This document shows, one piece after another, positions 56,601 to 64,000 of a stretch of 64,000 nucleotides of DNA (within the stretch, counting starts at the first letter, position 1; each line of letters opens with the position of its first letter). Source of the stretch: an uncultured Actinomycetes bacterium (GTDB lineage: Bacteria; Actinomycetota; Thermoleophilia; Gaiellales; Gaiellaceae); NCBI GenBank assembly GCA_963698015.1, contig OY969109.1:1882641-1946640 (forward strand), written 5' to 3'. The translations under genes were made by a program, and so were the position numbers. The notes under the pieces were generated by a model that had not been told where the DNA came from, did no database searches, and saw nothing but the letters and a program-made list of their open reading frames with translations.

Positions 56601-56917
56601 CTCCGCCTCCGCCACCACCGCCACCTCCGCCTCCGCCACCTCCGCCGCCACCTCCGCCGCCACCACCACCGCCGCCTCCGCCTCCGCCACCACCGCCTCC
56701 GCCTCCGCCTCCGCAGCGCTGTCGTGTCCCGAGAGTGCTCGGGCTGCGTCTGAACGCTGCGAAGCGCAGGATCCGGGCTGCTCACTGCTCGGTCGGCAGG
56801 GTGCGACGCGTTCGTGCGCGCCGCTCGCTGCGCGGCCGCGTCGTCAACCAGGCACCGAGGCCCGGCACGATCAAGCGCCGGAACTTCCCGGTCAAGCTGG
56901 CGGTCGGCAGGCTCTAG
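53615..56917 (+). CDS. Secreted multidomain protein: N-terminal alpha/beta domain, Kelch propeller, poly-Pro, second Kelch propeller, poly-Pro, cupredoxin domain, poly-Pro, PASTA-like C-terminal domain
   Basis: The signal peptide is MTKGALRGACIALLVGIGLALPGVAKA. Kelch repeats recur (YVFGG, IYVFGGS, GKIYLNGGY, GHLLMTGGR and so on). The cupredoxin domain reads CWTNNGQITHSATSD...YPYHCMVHPVQMTGTITV (His/Cys/His/Met copper ligands). The C-terminus reads CRVPRVLGLRLNAAKRRIRAAHCSVGRV...VKLAVGRL*. Confidence 0.85.
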   Translation: MTKGALRGACIALLVGIGLALPGVAKAAPPCGPKNILIVYSDDGTPAQLVSDLEAQPGVAGVDLFDAQGATPTLQQLSPYNIVLTWTNFAYADANAMGDVLADYQDSGAGIVIPLAFGFYDAGGFYLGGRWLTDGYSPFTNSGSLWFQDRTLGTYDAGHPLMQGVTALATNFGVEVGLASGAIQVAAWNTGTPLIAFKDDVVAINAYIGFDATWNGQFAKVVTNAFDWLCGGAPAAWQTVAPLPNDLFGPATASDGSYAYVFGGYSFTSIATLDTVYRYDLATDTWDTMAPLPTPELVGSAVYYPPTNKIYVFGGSQRDQAITLDTTQIYDIASNTWSSGATMPGTRSQQAAGYDPANGKIYLNGGYQTSTIDSVQNTTWEYDPVADTFTDKAPSPQMQGGTASGIVDGHLLMTGGRTNPDMTLDLTWDYDIATDSWSQRQSLATPKNVAGGAVAQGRLFSIGGGNGAPPFTGMTDVESFDSAANTWSPEATLNAGRSFPGTAAVGETLVAAGGRDGASTSLSSVETLVVGGPPPPPPPPPPPPPPPPPPPPPPPPPPPPPPPPPPPPPGWQIRAPMPVDQYGGAADSDGTVAFVAGGYSFLIDDLDTLYKFNPSTNTWAQLTSMPDANIMASAVYYPPSNKLYVFGGEDPESGTNFNNTRIYDIASDTWSAGAPMPDVRSFAASGYNPGNGKIYVVAGYNTGTVDSAQDTTWEYDPVANSWTVKAPIPHAVGGPGFGIVNGHMYVAGGRDATNTVINLCYDYNIAANSWTTCANLPSANNVPGSGVANGKVYLFGGGNPFLVGGRLKSAFLSPQTTGATVGYDPATNSWSNELTLNLARSFPSGTAVGGTLVAAGGYDGSSSTASTETMSVGGPPPPPPPPPPPPTCPTGSTEISIGDNFFNPADVTVPVGTTVCWTNNGQITHSATSDTGVFDSGFLAPGELYSFTFNSSGSYPYHCMVHPVQMTGTITVGNPPPPPPPPPPPPPPPPPPPPPPPPPPPPPPPPPPPPPPPPPPPPPPPPPPPPPPPPPPPQRCRVPRVLGLRLNAAKRRIRAAHCSVGRVRRVRARRSLRGRVVNQAPRPGTIKRRNFPVKLAVGRL
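55211..55321 (+). repeat. Poly-proline coding tract (37 Pro codons)
   Basis: Uninterrupted CCN codons, in frame. Confidence 0.9.
56537..56713 (+). repeat. Poly-proline coding tract (59 Pro codons)
   Basis: Uninterrupted CCN codons built from ccg/cct/cca/ccc units, in frame. A shorter 12-Pro tract lies at 56237-56272. Confidence 0.9.
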
Positions 56918-56939
56918 CCACAGAGACAGACGACTGATC

Positions 56940-56967
56940 GAGCGGGGCGCCGAGAGGCGCCCCGCTC
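56940..56967. terminator. Bidirectional hairpin between the convergent Kelch-protein and nrtR genes
   Basis: GAGCGGGGCGCC-gaga-GGCGCCCCGCTC is a perfect 12-bp stem. Its 3' arm overlaps the nrtR stop codon. Confidence 0.6.
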
Positions 56968-57673
56968 AGCGTTCCGGCGGCCGGAGCACTGCGAACTGGT
57001 CCGTGACCTCGAGCTCCGGCGTGCTGAAGCGGAAGAGCGCGGCCGGCCGTCCGCCGGCCCGCCCAGGCTCGCGCCGCTCGCCTGTCGCCTCGAGCACGCC
57101 GCGCCTGACCAGGACCCGCTGGAGATTCGTCGCCGAGACGTCGTGCCCGAGCGCCGCTGCATAGAGGTCGCGCAGCTCGCTGAGCGTGAACGTCTCCGGT
57201 GCGAGCGCGAAGCCGATGTTCGTGTACGAGAGCTTGGCGCGCAGGCGCTCGCGGCCGGCGAGCGTGATCTCCCGGTGATCGAACGCGAGCTCCGGCAGCC
57301 GATCGACCGAGTGCCAGTTCGTGTCCTGGGGGAGGGCAGGGTCGACACCGAGTGGGACGACGCCGAGGTACCCCGTCGCGAGCTGCCGCTCCCGCGGATG
57401 CCGCCCGGGCTCGCTCAGCGTCTCCAGCTGCTCGAGATGCGAGAGCTTGCGGACGTCCACCTTGGCCGCGAGGTGGCGGCGGATCGACTCCTCGAGCGTC
57501 TCGTCGGGGTCGAGGTAGCCGCCCGGGAGGGACCACGCGCCGGCATCCGGTTCCTTCGCACGCTGCCACAGGAGCACCTGGAGCTGGCCCGCGCGCACCT
57601 GGAAAACGACCGCCAACGTGACGTGGGCGGACGTTTTCGACCCGGAAGCGGAAACTTTGTTAAACTGAGCCAC
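56966..57673 (-). CDS. nrtR: Nudix-related transcriptional regulator of NAD synthesis (NrtR-like: degenerate Nudix domain plus winged helix)
   Basis: GTG 57673 is in frame. The Nudix box LPGGYLDPDETLEESIRRHLAAKV lacks the RE..EE residues. The C-terminal wHTH reads FTLSELRDLYAAALGHDVSATNLQRVLVRRGVLE. The gene is divergent from nadBCA. Confidence 0.75.
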   Translation of the reverse strand: MAQFNKVSASGSKTSAHVTLAVVFQVRAGQLQVLLWQRAKEPDAGAWSLPGGYLDPDETLEESIRRHLAAKVDVRKLSHLEQLETLSEPGRHPRERQLATGYLGVVPLGVDPALPQDTNWHSVDRLPELAFDHREITLAGRERLRAKLSYTNIGFALAPETFTLSELRDLYAAALGHDVSATNLQRVLVRRGVLEATGERREPGRAGGRPAALFRFSTPELEVTDQFAVLRPPER

Positions 57674-57677
57674 AGTT
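57663..57677. promoter_or_regulatory. Candidate operator palindrome in the nrtR-nadB control region
   Basis: AACTG-agcca-CAGTT sits in a locally AT-rich stretch (ggaaactttgttaaactgagccacagttatcgac). It spans the nrtR start codon, 33 nt upstream of the nadB ATG. Confidence 0.3.
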
Positions 57678-57709
57678 ATCGACTCTGAGGCGAAAACTAG
57701 CAGAGGCAG

Positions 57710-59122
57710 ATGCGAAACGTGAGACGGCGACCACAAGAGGCGGAGTGCGATCTGCTCGTCGTGGGGGGCGGGGTGGCCGGTTTCTACGCCGCTCTCTGCG
57801 CCGCGAACGAGGCCGACGTGGTCGTGCTCACGAAAGGGCCGATCAAGACGACGGCGAGCTACCTCGCGCAGGGCGGAGTCGCAGCGGCGGTGGGCCCGGA
57901 CGACGATCCCGCCCTGCACGCCGAGGACACGATCGCCGCGGGGCGCGGTCTCAGCCGCGCGAGCGCCGTCTCCGTGTTGACGAGCGAAGCTCCGGCGCGC
58001 GTCGCCGACCTCGTCGATCTGGGAGTCGAGTTCGACCCGGGCCTCGGTCTCGAGGGCGGACACTCGCGGGCCCGTGTCGTGCACGCCGGGGGCGCAGCGA
58101 CCGGACGCCAGATCGCGCACGCGCTCGCCGAGCGCGTCGTCGCCCATCCGCGGATCTCGGTCCGTGAAGGCGAGCAGGCGCTCGCCCTCTGGTCGACTGG
58201 CTCGCGCTGCGTCGGCGTCACGACGGACAGCGGCGCGATCACGGCGCGCGCGACACTGCTCGCGACCGGCGGCGCGGCGGCGCTCTGGGAACGGACGACC
58301 AACCCGGCCGGCGCGGTCGGCGACGGGATCGCGATCGCCTACCGCGCGGGAGCCGGAGTCGCCGATCTCGAGTTCGTCCAGTTTCATCCGACTGCTCTGC
58401 GTGGCTCGGGCGTTCTCCTCAGCGAAGCCCTGCGCGGCGCGGGTGCGCTCCTGCTCGACGACAGCGGACGCCGCTTCACCGACGAGCTCGCGCCACGGGA
58501 CGTGGTCGCCCGCGAGATCGGAGCGCGCGGCACGGCGCTCCTCGACCTCCGCCCGGTCGATCGGGACCGCTTCCCGTCGGTGATCGGGTCGATCGAGGAT
58601 GCGGGCTTCGACCCCGCCGTCGAGCCGATCCCGGTCGCGCCCGCGGCCCACTACACGATGGGCGGCGTCGTCACCGATCTCGACGGCCGGACCGAGCTGC
58701 CGGGGCTGTACGCGGCCGGCGAGTGTGCCTGCACGGGCGTCCACGGAGCGAATCGGCTCGCGTCGAACTCGCTCCTCGAATGTCTCGTCTTCGGCCGCAG
58801 GGCCGCGCTCGCCTCGCTCGAGGAGCCCGACCTTCCGGCGCGTCTCGGTAGCCCGCCGGCCCCGCCACCGCTCGACACCGTGACGCCTGACATCCGCCAC
58901 GCGCTGTGGCAGGACGCCGGCCTCGTCCGCGACGCCGCCGGGCTCGAGCACCTACGCGGAGCCCCGCACCTCCTGACGAGGCTGATCGCGGCCGGAGCGC
59001 TCGCCCGCACCGAGAGCAGAGGAGCGCACTTCCGCGCCGACCGCCCGAACGAGGATCCGGAACTGGCCGGCCACGTCGTCCACCGACCGGGACAGGAGCC
59101 CGTGCTCGAACGATGGTCGTAG
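57710..59122 (+). CDS. nadB: L-aspartate oxidase
   Basis: DLLVVGGGVAGFYAAL binds FAD. AQGGVAA, HYTMGGV and RLASNSLLE are also present. Confidence 0.92.
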   Translation: MRNVRRRPQEAECDLLVVGGGVAGFYAALCAANEADVVVLTKGPIKTTASYLAQGGVAAAVGPDDDPALHAEDTIAAGRGLSRASAVSVLTSEAPARVADLVDLGVEFDPGLGLEGGHSRARVVHAGGAATGRQIAHALAERVVAHPRISVREGEQALALWSTGSRCVGVTTDSGAITARATLLATGGAAALWERTTNPAGAVGDGIAIAYRAGAGVADLEFVQFHPTALRGSGVLLSEALRGAGALLLDDSGRRFTDELAPRDVVAREIGARGTALLDLRPVDRDRFPSVIGSIEDAGFDPAVEPIPVAPAAHYTMGGVVTDLDGRTELPGLYAAGECACTGVHGANRLASNSLLECLVFGRRAALASLEEPDLPARLGSPPAPPPLDTVTPDIRHALWQDAGLVRDAAGLEHLRGAPHLLTRLIAAGALARTESRGAHFRADRPNEDPELAGHVVHRPGQEPVLERWS

Positions 59123-59949
59123 CCCAGGAGCTCGATCTCGAGCGCATCGCGCTCGCGGCGCTCGCGGAGGACGTCGGCGGCGGAGACCTGACGACGCAGG
59201 CCACGGTCGCGGAGGACGCGACCTGCACCGCCCGCCTGCTGTTCAAGGAGCCGGGCGTCGTCTGCGGACTCCCCGCGGCCGAAGCCGTCTTCCGCGCGCT
59301 CGATCCGAACCTCGCCTTCGAGCCGTCCGCGGCAGACGGCGACCGTCTCCAGCAGCCCGCCGATCTCGCCCGCATCACCGGCCGCACGCGCGCCGTGCTG
59401 ACCGCAGAGCGAACGGCGCTCAACCTCCTCGGGCGCCTCTCCGGCGTCGCGACGCTCACGCGCCGCTTCGTCGACGCGATCGACGGCACAGGCGCGGAGA
59501 TCCTCGACACACGCAAGACGACGCCGGGGTTGCGGGCGCTCGAGAAGTACGCCGTGCGCTGCGGCGGCGGGCGCAATCATCGCTTCGGCCTCGACGACGG
59601 GATCCTCGTCAAGGACAACCACTTGCGCGCTGCGGGCGGGGTCCGGCCCGCGGTCGAGCTCATTCGCCGAGCCGGAACGGGTTTGCCGATCGAGGTCGAG
59701 GCCGAGACGCTGGACGACGTGCGCGAGGCGCTCGCCGCCGGCGCGGAGCAGATCCTGCTCGACAACATGCCGCCGGCTCTCATGCGCGAGGCCGTCCAGC
59801 TCGTCGACGGCCAGGCGTCACTCGAGGCCTCGGGCGGGGTCTCGCTCGAGACCGTGCGCGAGATCGCCGAGACCGGAGTCGACTTCGTCTCCGTCGGCGC
59901 GCTGACCCATTCGGCCCGCTCCCTCGACGTGTCGCTGGAGCTCGAATGA
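59113..59949 (+). CDS. nadC: Nicotinate-nucleotide (quinolinate) pyrophosphorylase
   Basis: ATG 59113 overlaps the nadB end by 10 nt. Contains ALAEDVGGGDLTT, DTRKTTPGLRALEKYAVRCGGGRNHR and LLDNM. Confidence 0.92.
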   Translation: MVVAQELDLERIALAALAEDVGGGDLTTQATVAEDATCTARLLFKEPGVVCGLPAAEAVFRALDPNLAFEPSAADGDRLQQPADLARITGRTRAVLTAERTALNLLGRLSGVATLTRRFVDAIDGTGAEILDTRKTTPGLRALEKYAVRCGGGRNHRFGLDDGILVKDNHLRAAGGVRPAVELIRRAGTGLPIEVEAETLDDVREALAAGAEQILLDNMPPALMREAVQLVDGQASLEASGGVSLETVREIAETGVDFVSVGALTHSARSLDVSLELE

Positions 59950-60881
59950 GCACAGCGGAGATCTCGACGCTCCAGGAGGAGGTTCGCGCCCTCGCAGCCG
60001 AGCGCGAGGCCGTGATCCTCGCGCACAACTACCAGGTGCCGGAGGTCCAGGACGTGGCCGATTTCGTCGGCGACTCCCTGGGCCTGTCCAGAGAGGCCGC
60101 GGCCACCGACGCGGAGGCGATCGTCTTCTGCGGCGTCCACTTCATGGCCGAGACGGCCTCGATCCTCGCGCCCGACAAGACGGTGCTGATCCCCGACCTC
60201 GACGCCGGCTGCTCGCTCGCGGCGTCGATCACCGCCGATCAGCTGCGCACCTGGAAGGCGGAGCATCCGGGCGGCGTCGTCGTCTCGTACGTGAACACGA
60301 CCGCCGAGGTCAAGGCCGAGAGCGACTACTGCTGCACGTCGGGCAACGCGAAGGCCGTGATCGAGGCGATTCCCGAGGACAAGGAAATCCTCTTCCTCCC
60401 GGATCTCTTCCTCGGCGTCTGGCTCGAGCGCACGACGGGCCGCAAGCTGAAGATCTGGATGGGCGAGTGCCACGTGCACGCGGGCATCCGGCCGGCTGAC
60501 ATCGAGCGCTGGCAGGACGAGGCGCCCGACGCCGAGCTGCTCGTGCACCCCGAGTGCGGCTGCGCGAGCCAGTGCATGGCCTTCGGGAACGAGCGCACGC
60601 ACATCCTCTCGACCGAGGGGATGATCAACTTCGCGAAGTCATCGCCGAAGAAGCGGTTCCTCGTCGCGACCGAGACCGGGATCCTGCACCGCCTGAACAA
60701 GGAGGCGCCCGAGAAGCGGTTCGAGGCCATCTCCGAGAAGGCGATCTGCAAGTACATGAAGATGATCACGCTCGAGAAGCTGCGCGATTCGCTTCGCGAC
60801 TGGAAGCACGTGGTCACGGTCGAGCCGGAGATCGCCGAGCGCGCCCGCGGCGCGATCGACCGGATGGTCGCGATCGCCTAG
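59946..60881 (+). CDS. nadA: Quinolinate synthase
   Basis: ATGA overlap. Contains ILAHNYQVPEVQDVADFVGDSL, VSYVNT and LVHPEC. Confidence 0.92.
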   Translation: MSTAEISTLQEEVRALAAEREAVILAHNYQVPEVQDVADFVGDSLGLSREAAATDAEAIVFCGVHFMAETASILAPDKTVLIPDLDAGCSLAASITADQLRTWKAEHPGGVVVSYVNTTAEVKAESDYCCTSGNAKAVIEAIPEDKEILFLPDLFLGVWLERTTGRKLKIWMGECHVHAGIRPADIERWQDEAPDAELLVHPECGCASQCMAFGNERTHILSTEGMINFAKSSPKKRFLVATETGILHRLNKEAPEKRFEAISEKAICKYMKMITLEKLRDSLRDWKHVVTVEPEIAERARGAIDRMVAIA

Positions 60882-60940
60882 CTTCGCCTGGCTCTCACGG
60901 TTCAGTAGGCGCTACCGACCCAAGACCCGTGGCGGCGCGG

Positions 60941-61219
60941 ATGATGAGCGCCCCGGCAGGCGCGAGGATCCCAGCGATGGCCGCGATCATGGAGACGAAC
61001 GGCTTCGTCGTGAGCGATGCCGCGGGGAAGCGGATCGGACGCGTCGAGTCCGCGCTGTACGGAAACAGTCACGAAGTGCCCGATGCGCTGGCCGTACGCT
61101 CCGACGGCCTCGTTCATCGCCACTTCCTGGTGCCCGCGACTGCGGTGCGCTCGGTGGACGAGTTGGCCGGCGAGATCGAGCTTAGCCTCGACCGCGCGAG
61201 GCTTCTCCGATTCCTTTAG
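60941..61219 (+). CDS. Small PRC-barrel-like protein
   Basis: This is the tail of track ORF 60554..61219. Contains GFVVSDAAGKRIGRVESALY...HFLVPATAVRSVD. The start is uncertain. Confidence 0.45.
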   Translation: MMSAPAGARIPAMAAIMETNGFVVSDAAGKRIGRVESALYGNSHEVPDALAVRSDGLVHRHFLVPATAVRSVDELAGEIELSLDRARLLRFL

Positions 61220-61476
61220 CCGCCCGCGACTGCTGCGACGACCCTGATCGCCTGGCCGTCACTGAGCTTGGTGTCGACGCCGTTTCTGACGCGGATGTCT
61301 TCGCCGTCCACGTAGACGTTGACGAGCGGGCGCAGCTCGTTTCGCTCATTGAACAGCAGGTCGCGCACGGGCAGGGCCCGGAGCGCGGCACCGACCGTCG
61401 GCGCCTCCAGCTGGAATTCCTTCCGCCCACCCGCCTGGTTGGCGAGCAGGCCAGGCAAAAGAACCGTTACGGCCAC
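61216..61476 (-). CDS. MoaD/ThiS-family ubiquitin-like sulfur carrier
   Basis: 86 aa of beta-grasp size, ending ...VVAAVAGG* with the C-terminal Gly-Gly. Confidence 0.75.
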   Translation of the reverse strand: MAVTVLLPGLLANQAGGRKEFQLEAPTVGAALRALPVRDLLFNERNELRPLVNVYVDGEDIRVRNGVDTKLSDGQAIRVVAAVAGG

Positions 61477-61565
61477 AGCGCTCTATCCGGGTTGTGTCGA
61501 CCGTTCATTTCCGACGGACGCTCGGGGAACCCGAGCGTCCTGAAGTCGGCACCGCAAGCGGCGCC

Positions 61566-62654
61566 TTACCACTCCGCGAATTCGACCGACAGCACGGCCG
61601 GTAGGTGCCGCGCCGCCTCGATCCACTCGTCGCCCTCGTTCGGGGAGACGAAGACCGAGCCGCTTTTCGTGCCGAAATAGATCCCGACCGGGTCGAGCCG
61701 GTCAGACGACATCCCCTCGCGTAGAACCTCGACCCATGCATGCTCGGGGAGCCCGTTCGAGACCAGCTCCCAGCTGCTGCCGCCGTCCTGGGTCCGGTAG
61801 ACGCCGAGGCGGCCGTCCGACGTGACCCGGTCCCCGCCCCCGACCTCGCCCGCCGAGCCGCGGGCGGAGTCCTCAGGGATCACGAACGCCATGTCCGGGT
61901 CGCGGTGATGGATCGCGATCGGAAAGCCGAAGCTGCTCGGAAGGCCGTTGTCCTCCAGTCGTTCCCAGCTCTCGCCGCGGTCGTCGGTGCGGTAGACGCC
62001 GCAATGGTTCTGCTGCCAGAGGCGCTCGGGCTTCGCGGGGTGGACGAGAACCTTGTGGACGCACTGGCCGAGCTCGGGGAACGGGTCGTCGGGCATGAAG
62101 TCGGCGGCCGTCCCCTTGTTCGCGGGCGTCCACGAGTCGCCGCCGTCGTCGCTGCGGAAAACACCCGCCGCGGAGATGCCGACGTACATCGTCTGGTCGT
62201 TCTCGGGATCGAACTGGATCGAGTGCGTGCACATTCCGCCCGCCCCGGGATTCCAGCGCTCACGCGTCGGATGGTCGATCAGGCTCGTGACGGGCTCCCA
62301 GTTCTCGCCGCGGTCCGCCGAGCGGAAGAGGACGCCCGGCGCGCCGCCGAGCCACAGCGTCCCGTTCGGGCCTGGTTCGACATGCCACGTCTTCTCGAGC
62401 GTCAGCTCGTGATCTTCAGGCAGGCCGAGTCCCTCGCTGCGCTCCCACGTCTTGCCTCCGTCGTCGGAGCGCTGGACGGTCGCGCCGTAGACGCCGTGGT
62501 TGGCGGCGACGTACATCGACCCGTCGTGCTTCATCGCGTGGAAAACGTCCCAGCCGTTCAGGTGCGGACCCTCGAGCTCCCATTTGCGTCGGGTCTCGTC
62601 GCCTCTCAGGACGAAAAGCCCCTTTCGAGTGCCGACCAGAATTGCCGGAGCCAT
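61566..62654 (-). CDS. Cytoplasmic BNR/Asp-box beta-propeller protein (sialidase-fold, function unknown)
   Basis: Six Asp-boxes are present: SDDGGKTWE, SADRGENWE, SDDGGDSWT, TDDRGESWE, TQDGGSSWE and SPNEGDEWI. Confidence 0.8.
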   Translation of the reverse strand: MAPAILVGTRKGLFVLRGDETRRKWELEGPHLNGWDVFHAMKHDGSMYVAANHGVYGATVQRSDDGGKTWERSEGLGLPEDHELTLEKTWHVEPGPNGTLWLGGAPGVLFRSADRGENWEPVTSLIDHPTRERWNPGAGGMCTHSIQFDPENDQTMYVGISAAGVFRSDDGGDSWTPANKGTAADFMPDDPFPELGQCVHKVLVHPAKPERLWQQNHCGVYRTDDRGESWERLEDNGLPSSFGFPIAIHHRDPDMAFVIPEDSARGSAGEVGGGDRVTSDGRLGVYRTQDGGSSWELVSNGLPEHAWVEVLREGMSSDRLDPVGIYFGTKSGSVFVSPNEGDEWIEAARHLPAVLSVEFAEW

Positions 62655-62677
62655 CGCTCGCTAGCCTACGTGACGTC

Positions 62678-63064
62678 GTGGCCAGGCTGACCGAAAAGCA
62701 GGCAGACCTCTTCCTGGGCAAGAACTTCGGCGCCGTGGCGACGATCCGCGCGGACGGGACGCCGCACGTGACGCCCGTCTGGGTCGACTACGACGGCGAG
62801 CGCGTGGTGTTCAACACCGCGACCGGCCGCGCGAAGTGGCAGCACATGCGGCGCGACCCGCGGGTCACGATCGAGGTCTACTCGCAGGACGACCCGTACG
62901 ACTACGTGACCGTCACCGGGACGGTCGAGCTCGAAGAGGGCGAGGCGGCCGACCGGCACATCGACAAGCTGTCCGAGAAGTACACCGGCAACCCGAAGTT
63001 TCAGAGCCACCGCCCCGGCGAGCGCAGGGTGATCGTCCGGGTCACGCCCGAGCGGATCGCTTGA
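62678..63064 (+). CDS. PPOX-class (pyridoxamine-5'-phosphate-oxidase-fold) probable F420-dependent enzyme
   Basis: Contains ATIRADGTPHVTPVWVDYDGERVVFNT and RDPRVTIEV. GTG 62678 is preferred over TTG 62642, which would overlap the divergent gene. Confidence 0.75.
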   Translation: MARLTEKQADLFLGKNFGAVATIRADGTPHVTPVWVDYDGERVVFNTATGRAKWQHMRRDPRVTIEVYSQDDPYDYVTVTGTVELEEGEAADRHIDKLSEKYTGNPKFQSHRPGERRVIVRVTPERIA

Positions 63065-63927
63065 TCACGATCTGCGAGGTCGGGCCGCGGGACGGCCTGC
63101 AGAACGAGCGGGACGTCCTGCCACCTGAGACGCGGGCCGAGCTCGTCAACCGGCTCGCCGCCGCCGGCCTGCCCGTCGTCGAGGCGGTCAGCTTCGTCAG
63201 CGCCGAGCGCGTGCCGCAGATGGCCGGCGCAGAAGAGGTCGTCGCCGGGATCAAGCGGCGTGACGGAATCCTGTACGCGGGGCTCGCGCTGAACGAGAAG
63301 GGCTACGACCGGCTGCGGGAGGCCGGCCTCGACGAGGTCCGCTTCGCGCTCGCGGCGACCGAGAGCTTCAGCATGCGGAACGCCAACGCGTCGGTCGACG
63401 AGGCTGCGGGCGCAGCGGAGAAGGTTCTCGCGCGCGCGCGCGAGGACGGCGTTCGCTCGACGGTCACGATCAGCGTCGCCTTCGGCTGTCCGTTCGAGGG
63501 CCGGGTCGACCCGGTCACGGTCGTCGAGTTGGCCAAGCGCTTGTCTGCGGCAGACGACGTCGTGCTCGCGGACACGATCGGCGTCGCGACTCCCGGCCAG
63601 GTGCGGCGGCTGATCGAGGACAGCGGCGCGTCCGGCTTCCACGGGCACAACACCCGCAACACCGGGTTCGCGAACGCGTACGCGGCGCTCGAGGGCGGCG
63701 CGACGACCCTCGACTCGTCGATCGGCGGCCTCGGCGGCTGTCCCTTCGCGCCGCGGGCGACGGGCAACGTCGCGACCGAGGATCTCGTCTACATGCTCGA
63801 AGGCGACGGAGTCGAGACCGGTGCCGACCTCGATGCGCTGATCGCGATCTCGGCCTGGCTCGAAGCTGTGCTCGGTAGGCCCCTCGAGGGCCAGCTCTAC
63901 CGCGCGGGGCGTTTCCCGAAGGAATAG
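63061..63927 (+). CDS. Hydroxymethylglutaryl-CoA lyase
   Basis: TTGA overlap. ICEVGPRDGLQNE, FHGHNTRNTGFANAYAAL and GGLGGCPFAPRATGNVATEDL are present. Confidence 0.9.
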   Translation: MITICEVGPRDGLQNERDVLPPETRAELVNRLAAAGLPVVEAVSFVSAERVPQMAGAEEVVAGIKRRDGILYAGLALNEKGYDRLREAGLDEVRFALAATESFSMRNANASVDEAAGAAEKVLARAREDGVRSTVTISVAFGCPFEGRVDPVTVVELAKRLSAADDVVLADTIGVATPGQVRRLIEDSGASGFHGHNTRNTGFANAYAALEGGATTLDSSIGGLGGCPFAPRATGNVATEDLVYMLEGDGVETGADLDALIAISAWLEAVLGRPLEGQLYRAGRFPKE

Positions 63928-64000
63928 AGGTCGACGGTGGCGCTGAAGGCCTCGCCGCCGACATCCCGTTGCTCGAGCGACTCCCCGATCTTCTCCGCCA

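Noticed and set aside
63928-64000. A possible gene fragment at the right edge of the window.
   Set aside because: Only 73 nt remain. No frame or motif can be supported.

Overview
This window is 64 kb of very GC-rich (about 70% by eye), gene-dense bacterial chromosome. It is most likely actinobacterial. The long poly-proline linkers in secreted proteins resemble Thermoleophilia/Solirubrobacterales-type genomes, but that is inference only. I support about 60 protein genes and one tRNA-Ala(CGC). I see no rRNA, CRISPR array, transposase or integrase.

Housekeeping content:
- aldehyde dehydrogenase plus DUF779
- rlmN
- proA-proB
- an NrtR-nadBCA divergon
- HMG-CoA lyase
- a peptide-type ABC importer flanked by amidases and peptidases

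Accessory-looking content:
1. A translationally coupled six-gene module at 41.9-48.1 kb. It encodes a 4-TM protein, a chagasin-like inhibitor, a leaderless papain-like protease, a UDG-fold protein, a deaminase-like amidohydrolase and a PLC/AcpA-type phosphoesterase. I cannot match it to any described system. The 4-TM protein has a solitary paralogue next to the tRNA.
2. A lipid-oxidation-looking cluster at 23.8-32.4 kb. It holds a catalase-related haem protein, a DyP peroxidase with two coupled unknowns, an alpha-dioxygenase/cyclooxygenase-like haem peroxidase and a membrane-anchored patatin lipase.
3. Three unrelated giant secreted proteins that share a poly-Pro linker plus a basic PASTA-like C-terminal module.
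4. An unusual density of 1-nt frameshifts confined to 1.6-20.3 kb. These are either assembly indels or gene decay.

All family assignments come from motifs I recognised by eye in the translations. No database search or folding computation was possible. Most start codons were checked for frame against the supplied ORF track, but they remain predictions.
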